Positions 36,801 to 45,441 of a stretch of DNA of 64,000 nucleotides are shown here, piece by piece (within the stretch, counting starts at the first letter, position 1; each line of letters begins with the position of its first letter). Source of the stretch: Candidatus Aminicenantes bacterium (GTDB lineage Bacteria; Acidobacteriota; Aminicenantia; Aminicenantales; JAFGBC01); the NCBI GenBank assembly GCA_963702005.1, contig OY969696.1, forward strand, positions 1,728,001 through 1,792,000. The letters are read 5' to 3'. The notes beneath the pieces are model-generated. The model searched no databases and was not told where the DNA came from. It saw only the letters and a program-made list of their open reading frames with translations. Both the position numbers and the translations under genes were made by a program.

Positions 36801-37190
36801 CCAGGTTTTTTGGGATGGATCGGCGGCGCTCCGGAAGATCAGGAGCGGCTGGCCGTCCACGGACAGGAAGAAGCGGTGCCCGCCCTTGCGGGTGGCGATC
36901 CCGGCCATCCACAGAAAAGTCGCGGAGCCGGGATTGAAGCCGGCCGGGACGGGCTCGGTCTCCCAAGTCATAGCCGATTTCCCATCGGTCGCTCTGACCA
37001 GGATTGCGTTGCCGACGTCCGGGTACGGCGAATGGTAGTTGATCCGTTCGCCCGCGACGGTCCGGGCATAGCCCTTGAGCCAGGGGTCTAGTACGTCCGC
37101 TCCTAAGGCCGTCCGGCACAGGGTCAGCGAAAAGAAAGTAAAGCCAATCAGGGGGACAGAGATCATTGCAATCCAGGCTCGAAAGGCCAT
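33828..37190 (-). CDS. GH38-like glycoside hydrolase (alpha-mannosidase fold), exported
   Basis: LLPHSHVDIGY, FKWNVE, DIPG, GDNG, GDFTPYWEDG, FDEHTWG, MNNYWHTNY; start ATG 37190. Confidence 0.82.
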   Translation of the reverse strand: MAFRAWIAMISVPLIGFTFFSLTLCRTALGADVLDPWLKGYARTVAGERINYHSPYPDVGNAILVRATDGKSAMTWETEPVPAGFNPGSATFLWMAGIATRKGGHRFFLSVDGQPLLIFRSAADPSQKTWTVSGRGGASLSFRTTMVDAFEELFGYMTLTLPRALLKEGHPLRVEVRGDNGGSPDWFMVFEHPLESGVSARSEQALVKTNGRPRQLVGVEISHAGPPGRAVLSLGPASERVRIETGYNIFFLPVEPVAAETEVPLTVDLGEGRIRRATIRLKPVVRRELYLLPHSHVDIGYSDLQRVVEKKHWSYYEQAIDLARKSADYPPGSRFKWNVEELWAVESYLKQASPEKRAAFVEAVRKGWIGLQAMYANELTGLCHPEELLQLTAFARKLGADCGVPVTTAMITDIPGQSWTVVPAFVLAGVRYFSSGPNYMPRLPDGGDRIGRTLKTWGDRPFYWVSPSGDEKILFWMAGRGYSWFHGFHMGNIERAPKRGIFDYLLELADKGYPYSIVQVRYTVGGDNGPPDPELSDFVRRWNEEYDSPKFVIATTQEMFAELEKRHGDIIPEVRGDFTPYWEDGAASSALETSLNRRSAERLLEAETLWSLIDPKGFPFEDFAEAWRQVVLFDEHTWGAADSVSDPDGANAREQWDYKQAFALEADKRSRELVASALAAREPVDAAGGRLALDVINTLSWPRTDWVTVPAEVKRPGDLVKDERGNPVPSQRLAAGGLVFLAADVPGLGAKRFFIEAGTPHAAGRASAADGRLENGIVSVAVDPGSGAIKSVRWKTGRELELVDPSASLGLDAYFYVPGKDPAAARGAANVRVHIGESGPLIASLIIESDAPGTKGLVREYGIRDGSARIEIRNRIDKLKVRDKESVHFGFPLVVPGGVARIDLGWAEVCPEADQIPGSCRDFFCVRDSIDVSNADCGLTWVSPDAPLAEIGRMTDETPGPGGTRTWRQTIEPSQTIYSYAMNNYWHTNYKADQEGPVELRYALIPHAGFERAAVKRLSLEYVRPLIVAPSGEGRTLPAAPFEISSAGIIVSSLRPALDGTGWVARLYNASGRPQEFEVRGAASAVSAIFICDIDGNRLRPLAGPLSLPGYGLITLRFDR

Positions 37191-37194
37191 GGTC

Positions 37195-38606
37195 TTATCC
37201 TTTAATAAACTTAACGGCCCAGGCATGACGGCAGGGCGGATCCTTCAAGACGGAAGCCGGGAGATGGAGCAGAGTCCCTTTTTCAACCTTCTCCCAACGA
37301 ACCGGATCGGCGCATCCGAGGATAGAGACGGCCGTCCCTTTCTTCGGGCTCATGGAGGTGAGCATGATATTCGCCGGGGGGGCCGCCTCGTCCGGGTCCG
37401 CGAGATAGATCGCGAAGACCGTCCCGCCGGGGCGCGACGTAAAACGAATCTTCGCCTCTCCGTAGGGGGGATGGGTCTTGTCCCGTAGATCGCCTGCCCG
37501 TTGACCTTCATCCAGGCGCCGATCTCCGCGAGCCTTTTCAGGGACTCCGCGGGAAGCTCGCCTTCGGGGCTGGGTCCGATGTTGAGGAGGAAGTTGCCGC
37601 CTTTGGCCACGATCTCGACCAGCATCCGGATGAGCTCGCGGGCCGGCTTGTAGACGTCGTCGGCCTTGTAAGACCATTGGGTCGCCATGGTCATGCAGGT
37701 CTCCCATGGCTCGTCGAGCGGCTTCGCGGGTATCTCCTGCTCGGGCGTCTTGTAGTTCTCGTAGCGTCCGCCCACGGTCCGGTCCGCGATGATGAGACCG
37801 GGCTGATGGGAGCGGGCCATGGCCGCGATCCCGGCCATCCCGATATCCTGGTTGTTCGAAGGCCGGACCCAGCCGCCGTCGAGCCAGAGGATGTCGACGG
37901 GACCGTAGCCGGTCATGAGCTCTTCGATCTGCTTGGCGGTGAACGACCGGAACCTCTCCCAGCGCTCGGGGTAGCGATCGACCCGATAGTTGACGTTCCG
38001 GTCCGGGGTGGCCCATTCGGGCGCCCAGTAGTCGGGCGAATGCCAGTCGGGCTTGGAGAAGTAGGCGCCGACCCCGAACCCTTTAGCCCGGAAGGCGTCG
38101 AAGACGGCTTTGACGATGTTTGAGTTGGGATGGACGTGGAAGGGGCAATCGGCGGCCGTGATCTTATAGTCGGTCTGCCGCGTATCGAACATGCAGAAGC
38201 CGTCGTGATGTTTGGCCGTGAAAACGACATAGCGCATGCCGGCCTGGGCGGCCGCCTCGGCCCATCGCTCGGGGGCGAACTTTGCCGGGTTGAAGGTCTT
38301 GAGCAGAGCCTCGTACCGGCGCTTGTATTCGCAATAATCGGGGATGGTCCGGCGGCACCAGGGCTCGTCCTCGGAGCACAGGGTCCAGGATTCGACGACT
38401 CCCCACTGGCTGTAGGGACCCCAGTGCATCATGAGCCCGAACTTGAGATCTTGGAACCATTCGAGCTTGCGGAGGACGAGCGGGTCGGTCTCTTTTTCGG
38501 AAGGATCGTCGGGCGCGGTCTTCGCGGCGAGGGTCGCAGCGGCCAGGCTTAGTATCATGAGGCCGAGGCAAACGAGGAAGGCGCGGAGTCGCTTTGCGTC
38601 GATCAT
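37195..38606 (-). CDS. Alpha-L-fucosidase (GH29) with a 1-nt frameshift near the 3' end
   Basis: WFQDLKFGLMMHWG, FTAKHHDGF, YFSKPDW, ILWLDGGW, WETCMTM, GGNFLLNIGP, AIYGTRP. The C-terminal domain (PYGEAKIRFT...AWAVKFIKG) continues in another frame from the G6 run at 37465-37470. Confidence 0.88.
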
Positions 38607-38728
38607 GATCTTCCTCCCTGGGGACGGCATGCGGCTTCGGCCATTATACCCCAGTTAAAACGGTGACGCTTATCCATTTCCCCGAATAAATCTTTGAACT
38701 GCGATCCCGATTTTTATCCAAGAATGAC

Positions 38729-38775
38729 TTGACAAAACTAAAAATAAAGATATATTACGATATATCGTGATATAT
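38729..38775 (+). promoter_or_regulatory. Promoter and overlapping palindromic operator of the PadR gene
   Basis: TTGACA 38729-38734; TATATT 38751-38756; palindrome ATATAT-T-ACGATATATCGT-G-ATATAT at 38750-38775. Confidence 0.75.
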
Positions 38776-38800
38776 TAATATTAAAATAAGGAGAACACAG

Positions 38801-39313
38801 ATGCACGGTTCACAATTCAGAAACTGGGGCAAACACTGGCCCGGGGAAGGCCGCTTCTTCAACAGAGGAGATTTCAAGTACTTGATCCTCGACCTGCTCA
38901 AAGAAAAGTCCCGCTACGGCTACGAAATCATCAAGGAGCTCGAAGATCGGTTTCACGGTTTCTACTCGCCCAGCCCGGGCTCGGTCTATCCGACTCTCCA
39001 GTGGTTCGAGGAGATGGGCTACGTGACGTCGGCCAGCCAGGACGGGAAAAAGATCTACACGATCACGGACGAAGGACGCAAGTTTTTGGAGGACCGGGAA
39101 GAGTCGGCCGGCGAAGTCCGGCGCCACATGAAGGCTTGGTGCAATGGCTGGAGTCATGAGGTCCGGGACGAGTTCCGCGAGGCCATGCACGCTTTCGGCG
39201 AGCTTGGCCGGACACTGGGATCGAAAGCCCGCGAGCTCAACAAGGAGAAACTGGGCAAGGTCCGCGAGGTCATCTCCAGAGCCGCTTCCGAGATCGAGGA
39301 TATCCTGCGTTAG
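38801..39313 (+). CDS. PadR family transcriptional regulator
   Basis: RGDFKYLILDLL, YGYEIIKELE, YSPSPGSVYPTL, GKKIYTITDEGR. Confidence 0.92.
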   Translation: MHGSQFRNWGKHWPGEGRFFNRGDFKYLILDLLKEKSRYGYEIIKELEDRFHGFYSPSPGSVYPTLQWFEEMGYVTSASQDGKKIYTITDEGRKFLEDREESAGEVRRHMKAWCNGWSHEVRDEFREAMHAFGELGRTLGSKARELNKEKLGKVREVISRAASEIEDILR

Positions 39314-39412
39314 TGATAAATCCGGAGAAAACAAAGCGGAAAACGGCGACGCTTTGGGGAAAATAAGTAAGCGGCGCCGATTATTGATGAAGTCCTGAAA
39401 TAATAAGAAAAC

Positions 39413-39441
39413 TTGACAAGCCGGGTCAGCTGTACTACTAT
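39413..39441 (+). promoter_or_regulatory. Sigma70-type promoter
   Basis: TTGACA-N17-TACTAT upstream of ORF 39508. Confidence 0.7.
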
Positions 39442-39507
39442 CTTAATACAGACATACAGAAGGCTTCGAGTGGGATATAAACCGTTTATCGATACGGGAG
39501 GGGAACA

Positions 39508-40773
39508 ATGAAAGCGTGCTTCAAAACAATTTCGTTGCCAAGCCTATCTTTGGCGGTTTTCGCGATCATCGGGGTGGTTGATCTGGTTTATTCCGATGGT
39601 TTATCGTCTTTTCAGACGCAGGCCGCGAAGGACGTTTTTCCGGTCGTTGTCGACAACGGCCGGCATCCCGCGCCGCCTAAGGGAGGGGAATGGAAAATCT
39701 CTTTCTTGGAGGACTTGACCGTCGGAGTCAAAGAAGGCGACGAAAATTATATGTTTGGAAAGCGCCTCTACTTCAATGTGGACGACGACGGCAATATCTA
39801 TGCCGTCGATTGGGACAGAAAGAGGATCCAAAAGTACGGACCGGACGGGAAGTATATCCTGACCATCGGCCGCTTCGGCCAGGGGCCGGGGGAGTTTCAG
39901 AACGTCTGGATGCCTCATTTTGACCGGGAGGGAAGCCTCTATACCCAAGATATCGCCAACCATAAGGTTGTGTTTTTTGACCTCAACGGGAAACTTATCA
40001 AGGAAGTCAAGCTGCCTGAGAAGACGGACGATATTCTAATCAATTCACGGGGAGAATATGTGGGTTACATCCACGAGATAAAGGAAGATCCCAAATCGGG
40101 AGCGAAAGTGATATCCTCTTTTGGGCTTTTTGACAAGGATTTCAACCCCATTGCTGTTATTCATCAAACAACTCAGACATTTGCGACCTTAAAAGGACGC
40201 GATCCGGGATCTTTAGCCGAGTTCTTAGCGGAGATGATGAGCAAGAGTGCCTTTAGCCCGGAAGTGACGCTTCTCCTCGGCCGGGACGATAGACTCTACA
40301 TGGGTTATCCCGAATCCTACGAAATCCGGGTTTATTCTCCGAGTGGAAAGCCGGAAAGGCTGATTCGGAAAGACCAACCCTCTCAGCTCGTGACTGAGTT
40401 GCATAAAAAAGACTATGGTTCATTACAGGAAAGAGAGTTCCTGCTTGGCCTTCCCGCTGTCTATTCCGAATCGATCAGAAAAAAGGCGCTGGCTATGATC
40501 CGTTATCCTAAGTACCTTCCCGCTTATCAGAAGTTTGCGCTCCTGGACAACGGCTGGCTGGCCGTGGTTGTGGACGCCGTCAAGGACGGTCCGGCCAAGG
40601 TCGATTTTTTTGATGAAAACGGCGTCTATATCGCCGAGGTTGTGGCCAGCATCCCCGTGGACGGACTCATCTTCAGGAAAGATAAAGCTTACGCGATTGT
40701 CGAGACGGAAGAAGGTTACAGGTTTATTAAAAGATTCACATGGAGCATCCACAATAGCGCCGTAAAAAAATAG
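39508..40773 (+). CDS. Exported 6-bladed beta-propeller (NHL-like) protein
   Basis: VDDDGNIYAVD...IQKYGPDGKYILTIGRFGQGPGEF; N-terminal hydrophobic segment; visibly more AT-rich codons than its neighbours. Confidence 0.8.
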   Translation: MKACFKTISLPSLSLAVFAIIGVVDLVYSDGLSSFQTQAAKDVFPVVVDNGRHPAPPKGGEWKISFLEDLTVGVKEGDENYMFGKRLYFNVDDDGNIYAVDWDRKRIQKYGPDGKYILTIGRFGQGPGEFQNVWMPHFDREGSLYTQDIANHKVVFFDLNGKLIKEVKLPEKTDDILINSRGEYVGYIHEIKEDPKSGAKVISSFGLFDKDFNPIAVIHQTTQTFATLKGRDPGSLAEFLAEMMSKSAFSPEVTLLLGRDDRLYMGYPESYEIRVYSPSGKPERLIRKDQPSQLVTELHKKDYGSLQEREFLLGLPAVYSESIRKKALAMIRYPKYLPAYQKFALLDNGWLAVVVDAVKDGPAKVDFFDENGVYIAEVVASIPVDGLIFRKDKAYAIVETEEGYRFIKRFTWSIHNSAVKK

Positions 40774-40821
40774 GCTTATCGTCATTTTTTCCCTTATAAT
40801 AGGCGGGCAAGGAGGATATCT

Positions 40822-42900
40822 ATGAGACATAGAAACCCCATCCGCTGCGCTCTTATCACGGCCGTTTTCTGCGCGGCCCTGACCGCTCCGCATCTCTCCG
40901 CCGCCTCGACGCAAACCTCACTCAACCTGATGCCCATTCCCGCCCATATCGTCCTTGGCACGGGAAAGCTGGCGCTGAGGCCCGAGTTCACCTTCGCCTT
41001 CGCCGGATATAAGGAGCCGCGCCTGGAGCGCGCCGTCCGCCGCGCCGCCGATCGGATCGCCGCTCGTACCGGCATCCCTCTCGCGATCGCCGAAGCGGCC
41101 GACCCGGCCCAGGCCTTCCTCCAAGTTACCTGCGCCGCCGCGGGCCTTCCCGTCCAAACGCCCGAAGAGGATGAGAGTTACACTCTGACCGTCGACGCCT
41201 CCCGCGCCCTCCTCGGCGCTCCCAATCCGCTCGGGATCCTGCGCGGCCTCGAAACCCTGCAGCAGCTCGTCGCCCTCGACGCGGACGGCTTCCAGTTTCC
41301 CGCCGTTCAAATCCAAGACGCGCCCCGCTTCAAATGGAGGGGGCTCCTCATCGACGTCTGCCGCCACTGGATACCGGCCGAGGTCGTTAAGCGCAACCTC
41401 GAAGCCATGGCGGCCGTCAAGCTCAACGTTTTCCACTGGCATCTTTCCGAGGACCAGGGATTCCGGGTCGAATCCCGGCTCTTCCCCAAGCTCCATGAGC
41501 TCGGCTCGGACGGCCGCTACTACACGCAGGCCGAGATCCGCGCCATCGTCGACTACGCCCGCGACCGGGGCATCCGGATCATCCCCGAATTCGACATGCC
41601 CGGCCACTCGACGTCCTGGTTCGTGGGCTACCCCGAGCTCGCCTCGGCGCCCGGTCCCTACGAAATTGAACGGCATTACGGCGTCTTCAAGCCGACCATG
41701 GACCCGACCCGGGAGGGGACGTACAAGTTCCTGAGCGGCTTCATCGGCGAGATGGCTCGGCTCTTTCCCGACCCCTACTTTCACATCGGAGGCGACGAAG
41801 TCGAGGGATCCCAGTGGACCGAGTCCCCGGCCATCAAAGCCTTCAAGGACGCCCGCGGGATGAAGACCAACGAGGACCTCCAGGCCTATTTCAACAAACG
41901 GATCCAGGCCATCCTCAAGAAACATGGGAAGCGGATGGTGGGATGGGACGAGATCCTGCGCGAGGACCTTCCCCGGGATATCGTCGTCCAGAGTTGGCGG
42001 GGACAGGAGTCGCTGGCCGGGGCGGCCCGGCAGGGATTCGCGGGGATACTCTCCAACGGCTACTACCTCGACCACATGCTGAGCGCGGCCGCCCATTACT
42101 CGGTCGACCCGCTCGAGAAAGAGGCCGCCTCGCTCTCCGACGCCGAGAAGGCGCTCATCCTGGGCGGCGAGGCCTGCATGTGGGCCGAGCTTGTCAGCCC
42201 CGAAACCGTGGACAGCCGGATCTGGCCCCGGATGGCCGCCATCGCCGAACGATTCTGGTCGCCCCGAGAGACGAAGGACGTCGCCGACATGTACCGGAGG
42301 CTCGAGGTCCTGGACGATCAGCTCGACTGGACGGGCACGGCTCACAACGCATCGTATCTGAAGATGCTCGAGCGGCTGGCCGGGACGGCGGGCTCGGTCG
42401 AATCCGTCAAGCTCCTGGCCGATTTCGTCGAGCCGCTCCGCGGGTACGGACGGCACGACTCCCGGGACTATGCCCAGACGACGCCCCTCAACCGCCTTAC
42501 AGATGCGGCCCGGCCCGAGAGCTTTGCGGCCCTGGCCTTCGCCGCCAAGGTGGATGAAATGCTGGCCGACGCTCCGGCCTACTCCAAGAACAGGCGCGAG
42601 GTCCGCCATAAGCTTATGGCCTGGCAAGCGAACCACGAGACCATGAAGGCCCTGGCCGCGAACTCGACGCTTCTGGCCGAGGTCCTGCCCCTCTCCGAGC
42701 GCCTCGCGGGGCTCGCCGATGCGGGACTGGCCGCGCTCGACAGCCTCGAGTCGGGACAGCCCCTGCCCGGGGGCTGGCTGGAGGGGAAAGCCGCGCTGTT
42801 TCAAGCGCCGGAAAAGCCGCCCTACGAGGTCGAGCTCATGGTCGTCGAACCGATCCGGAAAATCGCCGAGGCGGCCGCCAAGATCGGCAAGAGCGAGTAG
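40822..42900 (+). CDS. Beta-N-acetylhexosaminidase (GH20)
   Basis: DESYTL, DAPRFKWRGLLID..RH, KLNVFHWHL, PEFDMPGH, HIGGDE, GGEACMWAE, IWPR. Confidence 0.94.
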   Translation: MRHRNPIRCALITAVFCAALTAPHLSAASTQTSLNLMPIPAHIVLGTGKLALRPEFTFAFAGYKEPRLERAVRRAADRIAARTGIPLAIAEAADPAQAFLQVTCAAAGLPVQTPEEDESYTLTVDASRALLGAPNPLGILRGLETLQQLVALDADGFQFPAVQIQDAPRFKWRGLLIDVCRHWIPAEVVKRNLEAMAAVKLNVFHWHLSEDQGFRVESRLFPKLHELGSDGRYYTQAEIRAIVDYARDRGIRIIPEFDMPGHSTSWFVGYPELASAPGPYEIERHYGVFKPTMDPTREGTYKFLSGFIGEMARLFPDPYFHIGGDEVEGSQWTESPAIKAFKDARGMKTNEDLQAYFNKRIQAILKKHGKRMVGWDEILREDLPRDIVVQSWRGQESLAGAARQGFAGILSNGYYLDHMLSAAAHYSVDPLEKEAASLSDAEKALILGGEACMWAELVSPETVDSRIWPRMAAIAERFWSPRETKDVADMYRRLEVLDDQLDWTGTAHNASYLKMLERLAGTAGSVESVKLLADFVEPLRGYGRHDSRDYAQTTPLNRLTDAARPESFAALAFAAKVDEMLADAPAYSKNRREVRHKLMAWQANHETMKALAANSTLLAEVLPLSERLAGLADAGLAALDSLESGQPLPGGWLEGKAALFQAPEKPPYEVELMVVEPIRKIAEAAAKIGKSE

Positions 42901-42928
42901 CGGACTCCGGGCCCGGCGGCGGCCGTTC

Positions 42929-43957
42929 TCAGCGAAACGAGAATCCGACGACGAGGCCCGCCGTGAGCAGGGCGCCGTACCTGGCCAGGTATTCGAGGCG
43001 GATCGAGACCGGAAGGGAGATCCCGTCGCTGATCCGCAGGTTCGTCCCGGCCGCCGCCATCAGGCCGAAATTGAAATCCATGCCACCGCCCGTTTTGTGC
43101 TCGGAGTCGTACTGGCCCTCGAAATTAAACTCGTAGCTCCATTTGACGAAATGACCGCCGGCGCCGCCCTGGATGAAGAACGGAGATCCGGCGGGCGTCA
43201 GCTCGACGATGGCCAGGAGATAAATTTCGTATTCGCTTTCCAGATGGTAGTCCTCGTAAATGCCGGGGATGTTCTGGATTCCGAGGTCGAATCTCGACGA
43301 GAAGAGCTTCTGCGCGCCGAAATCCAGGCCCCATTTCAATGACGGGTTCTTGGACAGGGGAAGAAACATCTGAAGGCCGGCGCCGAAATTGCCTTTTTTT
43401 ACGGTCAGGAATTGGTCCAGGTCGGAGTTCGCATCCACGCTTTTAAATCCCAGGTCGTTGGCGGACGGAGGGGTCAGCAGCAGCCCCGCCCTGAGGTAGG
43501 GCCTGAACGAAAACTTTTTTTGTCCGGCCGGAGGTTCCGCTTCGACGGCCGCGCGCCGCGGCTCCTCCCCGGCCTTTTCGGCCCGGACGGGGACCTCCTT
43601 AACCGGCTTCATTTCAGGAAGGGGCTTCTGGAGCGTCTTTGCGGCCTGATCCTCCGGGGAACTCAGGACCTTAACCACGGTCTCGTGGATAAAGCCGGAG
43701 AGAACTCGGCCGTCCCCGTCTGGGGGCAAGCTCACTTTGAACCATCGGCCTTCCTTCCCTTGGGAGGCCAGGAGCGTCGACATGGCCACGGTCGTGACGA
43801 CGGGGCTGGCGATATCGGGCTTCTCCCGGATCTTCGCCGCCGAAACGATGACCTTGAGGATGGTATCAGCGCCCTGGCAAGCTCCGCTCAGGAGCCAAAG
43901 GGAAAGCCCCGCCAATAAAAGAGAAAGACCCTTTGTGAACAGCGCGCGGTATTTCAT
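42929..43957 (-). CDS. SH3-like domain plus outer-membrane beta-barrel protein
   Basis: AKIREKP...S.V, GRWFKV, SGFIH (bacterial SH3); Pro/Glu linker; amphipathic strands ending GLVVGFSFR. Confidence 0.7.
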   Translation of the reverse strand: MKYRALFTKGLSLLLAGLSLWLLSGACQGADTILKVIVSAAKIREKPDIASPVVTTVAMSTLLASQGKEGRWFKVSLPPDGDGRVLSGFIHETVVKVLSSPEDQAAKTLQKPLPEMKPVKEVPVRAEKAGEEPRRAAVEAEPPAGQKKFSFRPYLRAGLLLTPPSANDLGFKSVDANSDLDQFLTVKKGNFGAGLQMFLPLSKNPSLKWGLDFGAQKLFSSRFDLGIQNIPGIYEDYHLESEYEIYLLAIVELTPAGSPFFIQGGAGGHFVKWSYEFNFEGQYDSEHKTGGGMDFNFGLMAAAGTNLRISDGISLPVSIRLEYLARYGALLTAGLVVGFSFR

Positions 43958-44071
43958 GCCTTCTCCTCTCCCGGTCTCGAGAGAGACCAATCTTCAGCCT
44001 GGTTGAATGATTAACCTTTTTCCCGGCCCTGTCAAGAAGGATAGCGATGGATTCGTAGAAGCGCGCTTGCC

Positions 44072-45433
44072 TCAACCCGCGAAGCGCTTGGCTTCGCCCT
44101 TAAAGAGCCGGACGAGGCGGCGGGCTTCTCCGAGCGTCGGCGCCTCGGCCACGACGCGGATGATGGGCTCGGTGTTCGAGGGCCTCAGATGGACCCAGGC
44201 GTCCCGGAACACGACCTTGATCCCGTCCAGGGTCACGACCTCGCCCTTTCCGGCGTACTTTTTTTTGATCGCCTTCTCGATCCGGTGGGCCTGTTCGGCC
44301 GTTCCCGACACCCGGTCCTTGACCATGTGATAGGCCGGGATTTCGCTCTTGAGCGCGGACGGGGATTGGCCGGAGACGGCCATCAGCTCCAGGATGAGTC
44401 CCATCGCCGCAAAGCTGTCCCGGCAGGGGTGGACGGCCGGCCAGATGACGCCCCCGTTTCCCTCGCCTCCGATCGGGGCGTTCCGTTCCAGCAGCTCTTC
44501 GACGACGTTGATCTCGCCGATCCGGGTCCTGAAGACCGGCACGCCGGCCGCGGCCGCGATGTCGTCGATGGCCCGCGTCGTGGACAGGTTGACGACGACC
44601 GGACCGGGCGTCCTGGCCAGGACGTGCTTGACGGCCAGGGCCAGCGTCAGCTCCTCTCCGATCGCGACCCCCTTCTCATCGACGACGGCCAGCCGGTCCG
44701 CGTCGGCGTCCTGGGCGAACCCGATATCGGCCCGGCGAGCCCTGACCGCCCCGGTCAATCGGCCCAAGTTTTCGGGAACGGGCTCGGGGGGATGGGCGAA
44801 GCGGCCGTGGGGAACGGCGTTGATGAGAACGGGGCGGCAGCCGAGCTCGCGCAGGAACTCGGGGACGAGCGCCCCGCCCGCGCCGTTGACGCAGTCCACG
44901 GCGACTCGGAAGCGGCGGCTCCGGATGAGATCGACGTCGAGGGCCGTCAAGCAACATTCGAGATGGGGACGGAGCGGATCGCTCTGGGCGAGGATGGGCT
45001 TGAACTTATCCGTCCTGACGAAGGAGAACTCTCCCTGGTGGTAGATTTCGATGAACTCGGCGAAGCGCGACCTGTTCAGGAACAGGCCCTCGCCCCCGAT
45101 GAACTTGAGGCCGTTCCATTCACCGGGGTTGTGGCTGGCCGTGACGGCGACTCCGCCCCGGGCCTGGGTCGTCTTGGCCAGGACTTGGAAGCTGGGAATG
45201 GGGCAGAGCCCGGCGTCCACGGGCTGACAGCCGACCGAGAGAAGCCCGGCGAAGACGGCCTCCCGGAGCATGACGCCGGACGGCCGGGCGTCCCGGCCGA
45301 CGATGATCTTGCCCCTTCCCGAGTAGGTCCCGAAGGCCTGAGCGAACCGGGCCGCCAGCTGGGGCGTCAGGCTCTCTCCGACGACGCCGCGCACGCCCGA
45401 GATGCTGACCTTAAGGGATAGGCGCTCTTTCAT
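44072..45433 (-). CDS. Phosphohexomutase (phosphoglucosamine/phosphomannomutase family), intact motifs
   Basis: SISGVRG, GRD.R.SG, TASHNP, DADADR, GGEGNGG, RPSNTEP. Confidence 0.92.
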   Translation of the reverse strand: MKERLSLKVSISGVRGVVGESLTPQLAARFAQAFGTYSGRGKIIVGRDARPSGVMLREAVFAGLLSVGCQPVDAGLCPIPSFQVLAKTTQARGGVAVTASHNPGEWNGLKFIGGEGLFLNRSRFAEFIEIYHQGEFSFVRTDKFKPILAQSDPLRPHLECCLTALDVDLIRSRRFRVAVDCVNGAGGALVPEFLRELGCRPVLINAVPHGRFAHPPEPVPENLGRLTGAVRARRADIGFAQDADADRLAVVDEKGVAIGEELTLALAVKHVLARTPGPVVVNLSTTRAIDDIAAAAGVPVFRTRIGEINVVEELLERNAPIGGEGNGGVIWPAVHPCRDSFAAMGLILELMAVSGQSPSALKSEIPAYHMVKDRVSGTAEQAHRIEKAIKKKYAGKGEVVTLDGIKVVFRDAWVHLRPSNTEPIIRVVAEAPTLGEARRLVRLFKGEAKRFAG

Positions 45434-45441
45434 GTTCGGCT

